Source of the DNA: Pontiella sp.
Lineage (GTDB): Bacteria > Verrucomicrobiota > Kiritimatiellia > Kiritimatiellales > Pontiellaceae
Length of the DNA stretch: 46,447 nt
Assembly (NCBI GenBank): GCA_050290185.1
Contig: JBNKHE010000013.1
Coordinates: forward strand, 1-46,447
Direction of reading: 5' to 3'
In this document: positions 37,220 through 46,447 of the stretch, one piece after another
Layout of the letters: each line of letters starts with the position of its first letter
Numbering within the stretch: position 1 is the stretch's first letter
Translations under genes and position numbers: made by a program
Notes under the pieces: model-generated
Databases searched by the model: none
What the model was told of the DNA's origin: nothing
What the model saw: only the letters and a program-made list of their open reading frames with translations

Positions 37220-38043
37220 TGGCGACTAAAGTTGTAATCCTCGGTGCAGCAGGCCGGATGGGGAAAACCCTGATCCGTTGTATTCTGGAAGAAAAGGTTC
37301 CGAGGCTGGAGCTGCATGGCGCGGTGGATCTGTGGGATGCGCCGGAACTGGGGCAGGATGCCGGACTGATGGCAGGCTCGAAGAAGGCCGGGATCAATCT
37401 GATCAATAATCTGGAAGAAGTTGGTGCCACCGCCGATGTGATCGTCGACTTTTCATCGCACTTTGGTACCGCCGGCAATGCCCCGCGTATTGCGGAGTGG
37501 GGAACGGCATGGGTGATTGGTACCACCGGCCTTAACGAAGAAGAGCTGGCCGCGGTTGCTGCGGCAGCTGAAAAAGCCCCCGTTGTTCTGTCCGGCAACA
37601 TGAGTCTGGGCATAAATCTGCTTTGCTACCTGGTTGAAATGGGCGCCCGTTCGCTTAAGGACAAGGGTTACGATATTGAGGTGCTCGAACGTCATCACAA
37701 CCTTAAAAAGGATGCTCCGAGCGGCACTGCGTTGATGCTCGGACAGGCGGCGGCGGATGGTTATGACTGGAATCTAAAAGAGGTGCATGTAGATGGCCGC
37801 ACCGGCCTGCCGGGTGAGCGTCCGGAAAAAGAAATTGGCTTTCACGCCATTCGTGGCGGCGATATCGTGGGCGACCATACCGTCATGTTTGCGGGCACGG
37901 GCGAGTTGCTCGAATTATCGCATCGCGCCACCAGCCGCGACGTGTTTGCGATCGGCGCATTGCAGGCTGCGGCATGGGTATCAGGCAAGGATGCGAAGCT
38001 CTATTCCATGAAGGACGCGATGAAGCATGTCCTAGGGTTGTAA
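37219..38043 (+). CDS. dapB: 4-hydroxy-tetrahydrodipicolinate reductase
   Basis: GAAGRMG, IGTTG, ERHHNLKKDAPSGTA, RGGDIVGDH. Confidence 0.97.
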   Translation: MATKVVILGAAGRMGKTLIRCILEEKVPRLELHGAVDLWDAPELGQDAGLMAGSKKAGINLINNLEEVGATADVIVDFSSHFGTAGNAPRIAEWGTAWVIGTTGLNEEELAAVAAAAEKAPVVLSGNMSLGINLLCYLVEMGARSLKDKGYDIEVLERHHNLKKDAPSGTALMLGQAAADGYDWNLKEVHVDGRTGLPGERPEKEIGFHAIRGGDIVGDHTVMFAGTGELLELSHRATSRDVFAIGALQAAAWVSGKDAKLYSMKDAMKHVLGL

Positions 38044-38049
38044 ATCAAA

Positions 38050-38784
38050 ATGGATACACAAAAGGAACCGTTAAGCAGTTGCTTTGCCCGGGTTTACGGA
38101 AGCCCAGGTGAAGCGCCGCGTGTTCTAGGATTGCTACGCGCCTTCTGGCCGCTTTTGGTGGTCTGCTTCTTTACCGGGTATCTGTTGCGGGCTCTGCTAC
38201 CTTCGCCCGAACTAGGGCTTTCGCAAGTGGGCATTCTTTTTTTTCTGGTTGCTGCAGCAACGGCGATTCTACTGGCCTGGGGTGACCGGAGGCTTGGCAA
38301 CTTTCTCAAGGGGGCGAAGGGTGAGGAATGGGTAGCTCATGAGTTGGCTTTCCTCAGTTCTGAATATACGGTGTTCAACGGCCTGCGGTTTGGTGGGGGA
38401 AAGCAGAATTTCGATCACATCATTGTAGGGCCTGCCGGCGTGTTCGTGGTGGAAACCAAGAACTGGAAGGGTTCCGTCGAGTTTCGCGAGGGTAAGCTTT
38501 ACGCCGGCGGCAAGGAACCCTCGCGTCCACCGCTCAAGCAGGTCAAGGCCGCCACGGCCGAACTGGTTTCTTACATTGATGATGCCGGGTGCGGCGATCT
38601 CCCGGTTCATTCCGTACTCTGCTTTCTGGGCACAAAGCTTCCCGAAGAGATCATGAACGTCAACGGCGTGGTGGTCTGTGCTGGACAATGTTTAGTCGGT
38701 GTTTTGCAGGAAACCTTCGATGAACCCGTTTCCATTGGTTTGCGTGAGCAAGTGGTCAGCGAGCTTCGGAAGGTGATCGAGTAG
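38050..38784 (+). CDS. Membrane-anchored NERD-domain (nuclease-related) protein
   Basis: Two N-terminal TMs, GAKGEEWV, NFDHIIVGPAGVFVVETKNW, PLKQV. Confidence 0.88.
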   Translation: MDTQKEPLSSCFARVYGSPGEAPRVLGLLRAFWPLLVVCFFTGYLLRALLPSPELGLSQVGILFFLVAAATAILLAWGDRRLGNFLKGAKGEEWVAHELAFLSSEYTVFNGLRFGGGKQNFDHIIVGPAGVFVVETKNWKGSVEFREGKLYAGGKEPSRPPLKQVKAATAELVSYIDDAGCGDLPVHSVLCFLGTKLPEEIMNVNGVVVCAGQCLVGVLQETFDEPVSIGLREQVVSELRKVIE

Positions 38785-38786
38785 AA

Positions 38787-38882
38787 CATTTTGATTTACG
38801 GGTCTGCGACAGCTTCTTTCTAACAGAGGCCAACACCGCTTGAGTTCCATAAATCAAAATTCTAAAATCAGCATTCGAAAAT
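38787..38882. repeat. AT-rich inverted repeat plus degenerate 7-mer run
   Basis: ATTTTGATTTA (38788-38798) / TAAATCAAAAT (38850-38860), then AATCAAA-ATTCTAA-AATCAGC-ATTCGAA. Confidence 0.6.
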
Positions 38883-38902
38883 ATAAAACCGGAGGTTGAG
38901 TC

Positions 38903-39445
38903 ATGAAAGCATTGGTACCGATCGCCAACGGCTCCGAAGAAATGGAAGCCGTCATCATCATCGACACGTTGCGGCGCGCCAAGTGGGATGTCACCGTGGC
39001 AGGTTTGACTGCCGGAACCATCGAAGCCTCCCGAGGCGTTAAACTGGTTCCCGATGCGACCTTTGATCAAATCAATCCCGACGAGTTCGATATCATGCTG
39101 CTTCCGGGCGGATTCGGTGGTACGGAAGCGCTGATGGGGCACGACGGCGTCCAGCAGGCGCTACGTGACTTTCATGCAAAGGGCAAGTGGATCGGCGCAA
39201 TCTGTGCCGCCGCACTGGCGCTCAGCGAGGCGGGAATTCTAGACGGAAGGAAGTTCACTTGCTATCCGGGTGTTGAGCAAAAGCTGCCTGCCCATATCCA
39301 GCCGGTGAATGAACCTGTGGTGGTCGACGACCATCTCATCACCAGCCAAGGGCCCGGAACCGCTTTCGAGTTTGCCCTTAAAGTTATTGCCGAATGCGAC
39401 AGCCCCAACCAATCCGCCGAAGTGCGGGCTGGGCTGCTGCTTTAA
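38903..39445 (+). CDS. DJ-1/PfpI family protein (YajL/ThiJ-like)
   Basis: GSEEMEA, LPGG, AICAA (catalytic Cys), TCYPG, TSQGPGTA. Confidence 0.93.
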   Translation: MKALVPIANGSEEMEAVIIIDTLRRAKWDVTVAGLTAGTIEASRGVKLVPDATFDQINPDEFDIMLLPGGFGGTEALMGHDGVQQALRDFHAKGKWIGAICAAALALSEAGILDGRKFTCYPGVEQKLPAHIQPVNEPVVVDDHLITSQGPGTAFEFALKVIAECDSPNQSAEVRAGLLL

Positions 39446-39446
39446 T

Positions 39447-39527
39447 GTAGACGAAGCATCCTGCTTCGTTGTGCTGGAGCGGCGGTCGGGCCGATCATGC
39501 ACAACGCGGCTGGAAGCGCTCGTCTAC
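39447..39527. repeat. REPIN-like inverted pair of GTAG-type REPs
   Basis: GTAGACGAAGCATCCTGCTTCGTTGTGC ... GCACAACGCGGCTGGAAGCGCTCGTCTAC fills the gap between convergent genes. Confidence 0.85.
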
Positions 39528-39528
39528 G

Positions 39529-41829
39529 TTACAGATCCGCGAAAGGGTTGTTGGAGAAGCCGCGCGGTTTCTGCGAACGGTTGTTCTGTTGCCCATTATC
39601 CCGCCGGTGGTTTTGCGGGTAATTATTGCGACGCGGGCCTTGCGGTTTCCTTTCCGGCGTGGCGGTCTGGTTCTTTTTGGCGGTGAGCGAGATGCGCTTG
39701 CGCTTTAGATCGACTTCCAAAACGCGGACATCGATGCGGTCGCCGGCTTGGACGACTTCGGCTGGATCCTTGATGAAGCGATCAGCCAGCTGGGAAATAT
39801 GTACGAGTCCATCCTGGTGCACGCCGATATCCACAAATGCGCCAAAGGCGGTGACATTGGTGACGATGCCTTTCAGTTCCATCCCTTCCTTGAGATCATT
39901 CATGGTCATCACGTCTTCACGGAATCCGACTTCCTCAAACTTCTCGCGCGGGTCGCGGCCGGGCTTCTTCAATTCGTCGACAATGTCCTTGAGGGTCAGT
40001 TCGCCGATGTCGTCGCCAATGTATTTCGTGATTGAGATCTTGCTTACCACTTCTACATTGCCGACCAGTTTTTCGAGCGGTTCCCCGAGGTCGGATGCGA
40101 TTTGTTCGACGAGCTTATAGCGTTCGGGGTGGACGGCGGAGGCGTCGAGCGGTTGCTCGCCGCCCTGGATGCGCAGAAAGCCGGCGGCCTGTTCAAAGGC
40201 GCGTGGCCCGAGACCGGATACTTCGAGCAACTCCTTGCGGCTCTTGAAGGCACCGTGCTGATTGCGGTGGTCGACAATCTTTTTGGCGAGGCTGTCGCCG
40301 ATGCCGGCGACGCGCGAGAGCAGGGGTGCGCTGGCGGTATTGAGTTCCACGCCGACGTGGTTTACACAGCTCACGACGACTTCGTCGAGCTTGTCGACGA
40401 GCAGTTGCTGGTAGACGTCGTGCTGGTACTGTCCGACGCCGATGGATTTGGGGTCGACCTTTACCAGTTCGGCCAGCGGATCCTGCAAGCGGCGGGCGAT
40501 AGAAATCGCACCGCGGATCGTCAGGTCGAGATCGGGAAATTCCTCGCGGGCGATGGGTGAGGCGGAATAGACCGATGCGCCGGCCTCGCTGACGGAAACC
40601 ACGCTGATTTTGGACTTCATTTCCTGAAGCAACGATTTTGTGAATGCTTCGGTCTCGCGGCCAGCCGTTCCATTACCCACGGCGATGGCTAGGGGCTGGT
40701 GCTTTTCGATAAACGTAGATAGGGCAATCTTCGCCTGTTTTTCTTTTTCCGGGCCCTGGCTGAGATAGATCGTGATGGTGTCGATGTATTTTCCGGTGGC
40801 GTCTAGGGCGACGCACTTGCAGCCGGTGCGCAGGCCGGGGTCGATGCCGATGACGGATTTTTCGCCATAGGGTGCAGATAGCAGTAAACTACGCAGATTC
40901 TTGGCAAAGATTTCCACGGCGGCGCGGTCGGCCTTCATCTTCATTTCGACGGAGACGTCGATCTCGACGCTGGTGGTCAGCAGGCGCTTGTAGGCATCGA
41001 GGATCGCCTTTTCCAGTTCGCTGAAAAAGGGCGAGACGGGATTGGCGTTGCAGAGAGCCTTCATGCGCTCGATCTGCGGATCGGCATCGATGGCCAGCTT
41101 GCGGCGTAGCACGCCTTCGGTTTCGCCGCGGCGGATGGCGAGGTAACGGTGCGAGGGGATATCGGATATCGGCTGGGAGAAATCAAAGTAGTCTTTGTAC
41201 TTCGAGTTTTCGTCGGCATTCGAAGCAATCGCAGGCGCCGAGGTGATGGCTCCGGTTTTGAAATAGGCTTCGCGGACCAGAGAGCGGACTTCCGCCATTT
41301 CGGCTATTCGCTCGGCGATGATATCACGCGCGCCGGCGAGGGCTTCCTCGGTGGTTTTGACTTCCTTTTCCTCGTTGATGAATTGGGCGGATTCGGATTC
41401 GGGGTTGCTGCCCGATCCCTGCTGCCAAATGAGTTCGGCAAGCGGTTCGAGGCCCTTTTCCTTGGCGATGATTGCGCGGGTGCGGCGTTTTGGCTTGTAG
41501 GGGAGGTAGAGGTCTTCGAGGATGGTTTTGGACTGGCACTCCTCGATCTTCAGCCGGAGGTCATCGGTCAGCTTGTCCTGTTCCTCGATCGACTTAAGGA
41601 TCGTCTGGCGGCGCGCTTCGAGCGTGTTGTAGTAGGTCAGCTTTTCCTGAATGTCGGAAATCTGGACTTCGTCGAGATTGCCGTGAGCTTCCTTGCGGTA
41701 GCGGGCGATGAACGGCACCGTGTTGCCCTCGGCAAACAGCTTGGCCACGGCGGCCACCTGCCGCGCGGAAATGTTCAGGTCCTTCGAGGCGAAAGGTACG
41801 GGATCGAAGAGAGTGGTTTCTGTTGTCAT
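39529..41829 (-). CDS. tex: Tex-family RNA-binding transcription accessory protein
   Basis: TVPFIARYRKE, DPGLRTGCK, EAGASVYSAS, RRLQDPLAELVK, C-terminal S1 domain. Confidence 0.97.
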   Translation of the reverse strand: MTTETTLFDPVPFASKDLNISARQVAAVAKLFAEGNTVPFIARYRKEAHGNLDEVQISDIQEKLTYYNTLEARRQTILKSIEEQDKLTDDLRLKIEECQSKTILEDLYLPYKPKRRTRAIIAKEKGLEPLAELIWQQGSGSNPESESAQFINEEKEVKTTEEALAGARDIIAERIAEMAEVRSLVREAYFKTGAITSAPAIASNADENSKYKDYFDFSQPISDIPSHRYLAIRRGETEGVLRRKLAIDADPQIERMKALCNANPVSPFFSELEKAILDAYKRLLTTSVEIDVSVEMKMKADRAAVEIFAKNLRSLLLSAPYGEKSVIGIDPGLRTGCKCVALDATGKYIDTITIYLSQGPEKEKQAKIALSTFIEKHQPLAIAVGNGTAGRETEAFTKSLLQEMKSKISVVSVSEAGASVYSASPIAREEFPDLDLTIRGAISIARRLQDPLAELVKVDPKSIGVGQYQHDVYQQLLVDKLDEVVVSCVNHVGVELNTASAPLLSRVAGIGDSLAKKIVDHRNQHGAFKSRKELLEVSGLGPRAFEQAAGFLRIQGGEQPLDASAVHPERYKLVEQIASDLGEPLEKLVGNVEVVSKISITKYIGDDIGELTLKDIVDELKKPGRDPREKFEEVGFREDVMTMNDLKEGMELKGIVTNVTAFGAFVDIGVHQDGLVHISQLADRFIKDPAEVVQAGDRIDVRVLEVDLKRKRISLTAKKNQTATPERKPQGPRRNNYPQNHRRDNGQQNNRSQKPRGFSNNPFADL

Positions 41830-41926
41830 ATACGGTTTTTCCTGTCGTTAAAATGAGTGCGATAGGGTCTTAAAACTGTATGGCTTCGTCAAGTTCCACG
41901 AGGCCTGTTTGTGGTTTTCCCGTCCT

Positions 41927-42427
41927 CTAATCCGGAAAAATCCGGCTACGCAAACAGACGCGGGGATTCCGCCAAACTACCAGCAGGCCGGAAAGGAGAA
42001 TCAGCAAACTGTTCTCAACCAATTTGAAGCAGATGGCCACCTCGCCAGCGCCACAGCCGCAGTCGAACCGGATAGCGCAGAAGGGCAGGGAAGTTTCCGC
42101 ATGAATCGCCAGCGCCCGTTGGAGAACCAGGATCGTAAATGGGATCTGCATCAACAGGGTGACCGCCGCAGTGCCGCGAACGGCGACGCCCCCGATCAGG
42201 AGCGCGCCGCAAAACACTTCGAACCAAGGAAGCGTGGACGCGATCAGATTGAGCAGAAACGGGATGTCCACCAGATCGTATTGGCGGATCAGCTTGAGGA
42301 AGTCCACGGGGTCCAGGGCTTTCTGCAGGCCCATGTAAACAAACAGTGCGCCCAATGCCCAGCGGGTCAGGACGCCGAGCATCGGCACCACGTGTTCTCG
42401 GAAGCGGGATGGAGAGGGAGAGTTCAT
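41927..42427 (-). CDS. MauE/DoxX-family membrane protein
   Basis: RWALGALF..K, LPWFEVFCG, DCGCG motif. Confidence 0.88.
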   Translation of the reverse strand: MNSPSPSRFREHVVPMLGVLTRWALGALFVYMGLQKALDPVDFLKLIRQYDLVDIPFLLNLIASTLPWFEVFCGALLIGGVAVRGTAAVTLLMQIPFTILVLQRALAIHAETSLPFCAIRFDCGCGAGEVAICFKLVENSLLILLSGLLVVWRNPRVCLRSRIFPD

Positions 42428-43071
42428 GGGGTCGGACTCCGCATCATGCGGCTTTGACGTTCCCCGGTTTCAACCGGATAGCCTTCCGCGGTCCACTCCG
42501 TGATACCGCCGGTAAAGACAAACAGCCGGTCGATCGGGACGCCCGCATCGCGCAGTGTGATGGCGCCAAATTCACTGTCTTCACAGTCGCCGCCCGTGCA
42601 ATAGACCACCACTTGATCCGCATTCAGGCATGCCGGCAGTACGTTGGGAAGTTCCTCCGGGGCCCGGTAGAGGTCGAATGGATAGGCCCCCGGTATATGC
42701 CCCTGTCGGTACTGCGCCTGATTGCGAGCGTCGATAAATACGACCAATTCCTGCGCATGCCGTGGGTCCTGGAAAAGTTGATGCACTTCGCGACCAGTGA
42801 TGATTTGCAATCCCTGGGCTTGAATCCTCGCGGCCATCTGCGCCGCCGCAACGGTTGGGTTTGGCGCATTCGTCGTTTCCCCGGGTTCGGGCAGGGGCCG
42901 ACTCGCGCCCGGAAAATAGTTCCGGTCTAGGTCGAGTCCGTGTGGTGAGATCGAATTGGCGACCAGGGCGAAAGCCAATCCGGCAATCGCCACCGTCAAC
43001 ATTTCTCCGAGAATCCGTTTCCCGCCGGAGCGGTTGGAAGATGTGGAGGATGGCTTTTCTATCTTGGTCAT
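42424..43071 (-). CDS. Membrane-anchored rhodanese-domain protein
   Basis: N-terminal TM, FIDARN..YRQGHIPGA, VYCTGGDCEDS, FTGGITEW. Confidence 0.9.
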   Translation of the reverse strand: MTKIEKPSSTSSNRSGGKRILGEMLTVAIAGLAFALVANSISPHGLDLDRNYFPGASRPLPEPGETTNAPNPTVAAAQMAARIQAQGLQIITGREVHQLFQDPRHAQELVVFIDARNQAQYRQGHIPGAYPFDLYRAPEELPNVLPACLNADQVVVYCTGGDCEDSEFGAITLRDAGVPIDRLFVFTGGITEWTAEGYPVETGERQSRMMRSPTP

Positions 43072-44117
43072 CAGGGTCGGCCTGCCGCGCCGAGGTTGTT
43101 TGGTTGAATGATGGGAACCCGGATGACGGGCTTGGTGGAGCTGTTCGACTTAATGCTCAAATACACGCTCTTGCCCGTTTCAATTTGAAATCCATCCGGG
43201 AAGGTCAATTGCAGACTATACAGGCGTCCCGGCTGCAATCCCTTCATGGTGACTTTGACGCCATCGGCATTGACCGTTGGTTCGGAGAGTTGGAGGGGCT
43301 GACTATCGTTATTGCGGATCCTGACCGAGTAGTGGTTGCCGCTGCCGACCGGACCGTCAGGCAGGACGATCCGCTGCGGCATGACCTGAATGGCCGACAG
43401 CACCATGACATAGGCACTGATGGTCACCTCCGGCTGGTTGGTGGAACTGGTCTTCAAGGTAATGGGCGTTACCGATCGCGACGGTTCAATCGGGGGCACC
43501 AGGCTGACATTGACCTCGAATTCCTTGCCGGGCTTGACGGTTTTCAATTCGGCTTTGAAGGTGGGGTTGTTCCATTCCGGTTCGGAGACCATGATGTTCT
43601 CTGTGCCGTGATTGATGATGCGAATCACCTTGGTCAGGTTGGTTTCACTTCCTTCCCGCACCGTGAAGTAGGCGTGGCGGGGCGTCACCTCCACCGGTCG
43701 CCATACTGATCCTGTGAGCTGGAGATAAACGGAAGACTGCTCGGGATCGTTGCATGTCACGGTCGCGCCCTTGACCACCTTGTCGGTGAAGTTCGAGGGA
43801 TTTAACCGGAGCGGGATAGTTCCGGTCCCGCCCGGCGCGACGGATTTGGTCCATCTGCCGACGGTGATGCAACTGCAGGATGGCCGCACGCCGTTAATCT
43901 CCAGCGTGGTGTTGCCGGTGTTGGTGAAAACGAACTCATGTATGACCGGTTCAGTAGGTTGCGCTTTGCCAAAATCATACACCATGTTATCAAACTGGAT
44001 GTGCGGTGCCGCCGCGGAATCCGCCGACGGCGTTGCCGCCCGCGCCGACAAGGGGCTTAGGCTCAGAAACGCGCCCGCGAGGGTCGCTACGGATATGGGT
44101 ATAAGGCCTTGATTCAT
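43071..44117 (-). CDS. Exported DUF1573-domain protein (start 44117, or 44150)
   Basis: Signal peptide, YDFG..FVFTNTGN..LEI..VRPSCSC, followed by Ig-like domains. Confidence 0.85.
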   Translation of the reverse strand: MNQGLIPISVATLAGAFLSLSPLSARAATPSADSAAAPHIQFDNMVYDFGKAQPTEPVIHEFVFTNTGNTTLEINGVRPSCSCITVGRWTKSVAPGGTGTIPLRLNPSNFTDKVVKGATVTCNDPEQSSVYLQLTGSVWRPVEVTPRHAYFTVREGSETNLTKVIRIINHGTENIMVSEPEWNNPTFKAELKTVKPGKEFEVNVSLVPPIEPSRSVTPITLKTSSTNQPEVTISAYVMVLSAIQVMPQRIVLPDGPVGSGNHYSVRIRNNDSQPLQLSEPTVNADGVKVTMKGLQPGRLYSLQLTFPDGFQIETGKSVYLSIKSNSSTKPVIRVPIIQPNNLGAAGRP

Positions 44118-44311
44118 ATCAGGCCAATGCCTAGCAAAATTCCGTCCCATTCACACGCAGAAGTTTAGGAAATAGCCGAACTGAACAACGTTCCTTTGCA
44201 GCAGCTCACACCATGCATGTTACTGTCACATCTCGGCTGCAACACCCCGGGATTGAACTCACCGCAGTGAATGCGGACGATGTACGGGTTTAATAATGAA
44301 AGATATTTATT

Positions 44312-46447
44312 GTGAAGACTCTCCAGTTCCTTTTGTGCGCGACCCTTATCGGCGTGGGTGCCAGCGCCACTCTTGCGGCCACGATCCCCGCTCCCTACGA
44401 GCTTGCGACTTGGCGCGGGTTTAGCGCGAGTGCTGTTTCCTATACGTTCGACGACAACTCCCCGAAACAGTTCTCGGTGGCCCAGCCCATGTTCGATGAA
44501 AAAGGTCTCCAGGCGACGTTTTTCTGCATTGTCGGCAATCCCGATTGGGCCGTGATAGAAAGTGCTTCGGCTCAAGGGCACGAAATCGGAAGCCATACGT
44601 TGACGCATCCCGACCTCACCACGTTAACGGATACCGAAGTGGTCACTGAGGAGTCAGGCGCCAAGGACCTCATCGAGACGCACACGGGAAAGCCGTGCGT
44701 CAGTATCGCCTATCCTTTTTGCACCGTGCCCAACGAATCCATCACGTCGCAGTATTACTCGTTCGCGCGGAGCTGCAATGGATCATTGGTGCCCAGCACG
44801 CCGTCGGATTTCCTGAGCATCGGTTCGCTCGGCGCTGATGGTGATATGGATGTTGCGTCCGATAATGCGGCCAGTTCGGGAAAATGGCTGGTTTGGTTGA
44901 TCCATGGCATTGATGATGACGCGGCTTGCTGCCCGATCCTTTCCTCGAAGCTTCAGTCAAACCTGGACTACGTCGCGGCCAATACCGACAATTGGTGGGT
45001 CGAAACATTTGGCAATGTTAGCCGCTATATCCAGGAACGGGATGCGGCGGTGCTGACCGTCATTTCGAGTGGAACCACCAACATGACCCTGCAGCTGACC
45101 GACAGTCTGGACGACGCGATCTTCAACTATCCCCTCACGTTGCGCCGCGCAATGCCGAGCGGTTGGCTGGCGGCTTCCGTCACGCAAAACGGAACTGTGA
45201 TACCTAGCCAGGTCGTGAACGGCAAGCTGATGTTCGATGTCGTGCCCAACGGGGGGGACATCGTTCTTTCAAAGCAGGAGGTACCGCTGGCGCTGGTTGC
45301 CTCCACCAATCTTTCCTCTTACGGTGATTCGGTGACGTTCAACGCCTCCGTTCTCACCAACGGCGTTACCGCGAGCAATGCCACGGGAACGGTTATCTTC
45401 CAGGACGGAGGGAGCGCCATCGGAACGAACGCGGTCAACGGCGGACAGGCCACGTTGGTCATCAGCAATTTCTCTGTCGGCGCCCACTCCATCACCGCCG
45501 CATACAGCGGCGACGCGTATTATTCCTCCAACGCCTCCGGCACGCTTGCCCATGAGGTTGTTCCTCGGGCCGTGGTGCTTTCGGGCAGCAAGGTATATGA
45601 TGGAGCAACCACTATCTCTGCCGCGGATCTTGCCATCGCGAACCTCGTGAGCGGGGACAACGTCACCTTGAGCGGTGCGGGAACGCTGGACTCCAAAAAC
45701 GTGGGTTCGCAAGCCATCGCGGCCCTCCCCGATACGTCCCTGACGCCGGCGCTGGTGGATTGGGCCTGGGCGGGTCAAAACTACTGGGGCCTCTATGCGT
45801 GGTTCAATACGCCCCCCAATTTCGGCAACGCCATGATCTGCGTGGTGTCCACCCGCGACAACGTCGGCAGCGGCTTCGTCGATTACGTCTCCTTTCCGGA
45901 CGCGTCCAATTTTACCAGAATCGCCCAAGCGGTTAACGCGAACGGCGTGACCACTGAAATCTGGTATAATCCGAGTGTCTATTCCTCCAACAACCAGCTG
46001 ACCGTTAAATTGAACAACCCCAACATCAGCGCGGTGTGCATCGTAGCCCAATATACCAATTTGGCGCTCGCCGGCGCGCTGGATCAAACCGCCAGCGCCA
46101 CGGGCACCGGAGCGACGACCGTGACCGGCACCACGCCCACCACGACGCAATCCGCGGAATTGTGGATTGTCGGCATCGGCCATGCCAATACCGATTCGCT
46201 CTCGGGCATCTTGGACGGCTTTACCGAGCTCTCCGGCCAAAGCTCAAGCCACCCCGCCACCACCGCCGCGGATCAGGTTACGCTTCATTTTCTGCAAAAA
46301 GTGGTCACGTCGACCGGCGAAGCCGGTTCGGGCGGAACCATTGGCACATCCCGGGAGTGGGCCGGGGCAATAGCCACGTTCAAGGCGGCGGCCGAACAAG
46401 GCGGGCTGTTGCTGGGCGGTCCGGACGCAGGCAACTACACCCTCTCG
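44312..46447 (+). CDS. Secreted polysaccharide deacetylase (NodB/CE4-like) with Ig-like and YDG domains (3' end outside window)
   Basis: Absent from the ORF track because it runs off the edge. Read manually from GTG 44312, open to the window end: signal peptide, SYTFDD, ATFF, HEIGSHTLTHP, AYPF, LIHG; Big_3-like YGDSVTF..HSITAAYSGD; KVYDG..KNVG..DAGNYTL. Confidence 0.88.
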   Translation, partial: MKTLQFLLCATLIGVGASATLAATIPAPYELATWRGFSASAVSYTFDDNSPKQFSVAQPMFDEKGLQATFFCIVGNPDWAVIESASAQGHEIGSHTLTHPDLTTLTDTEVVTEESGAKDLIETHTGKPCVSIAYPFCTVPNESITSQYYSFARSCNGSLVPSTPSDFLSIGSLGADGDMDVASDNAASSGKWLVWLIHGIDDDAACCPILSSKLQSNLDYVAANTDNWWVETFGNVSRYIQERDAAVLTVISSGTTNMTLQLTDSLDDAIFNYPLTLRRAMPSGWLAASVTQNGTVIPSQVVNGKLMFDVVPNGGDIVLSKQEVPLALVASTNLSSYGDSVTFNASVLTNGVTASNATGTVIFQDGGSAIGTNAVNGGQATLVISNFSVGAHSITAAYSGDAYYSSNASGTLAHEVVPRAVVLSGSKVYDGATTISAADLAIANLVSGDNVTLSGAGTLDSKNVGSQAIAALPDTSLTPALVDWAWAGQNYWGLYAWFNTPPNFGNAMICVVSTRDNVGSGFVDYVSFPDASNFTRIAQAVNANGVTTEIWYNPSVYSSNNQLTVKLNNPNISAVCIVAQYTNLALAGALDQTASATGTGATTVTGTTPTTTQSAELWIVGIGHANTDSLSGILDGFTELSGQSSSHPATTAADQVTLHFLQKVVTSTGEAGSGGTIGTSREWAGAIATFKAAAEQGGLLLGGPDAGNYTLS

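Noticed and set aside
45269..46240. 323-aa minus-strand ORF and neighbouring short ORFs
   Set aside because: Antisense to the continuous plus-strand deacetylase frame starting at 44312.

Overview
Bacterial chromosomal window, moderately GC-rich and mostly housekeeping. The PVC-style lepB N-terminal extension and HIS6-type hisA suggest the PVC group, possibly Kiritimatiellota (inference only). Housekeeping genes: class I fumarase, hisA, metG, Lrp plus aminotransferase, AddB-like nuclease, beta-CASP RNase, hcp, lepA-lepB, rpsT, lptE, serA, a chromate-transporter pair, a GGDEF protein, rplM-rpsI, argJ-argB-argD-(DUF3127)-argG, lysA-dapA-dapB, a NERD protein, DJ-1 and tex. Accessory DNA lies at both ends. 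The strongest observation is a complete 1,314-bp IS110-family element (877-2190) inserted into one arm of a GGGTCAG...CTGACCC palindrome with a duplicated AGT core. Its 3' end folds into a bridge/seekRNA-like internal loop whose two strands match the two halves of the reconstructed target, and the loop overlaps the transposase stop codon. Second, several families of short palindromic repeats occur both between genes and in frame inside proteins (MetG linker, AddB-like, GGDEF, the first ORF, the hcp stop). A NERD nuclease gene is bracketed by a perfect 13-bp inverted repeat. No rRNA, tRNA or CRISPR array was seen.
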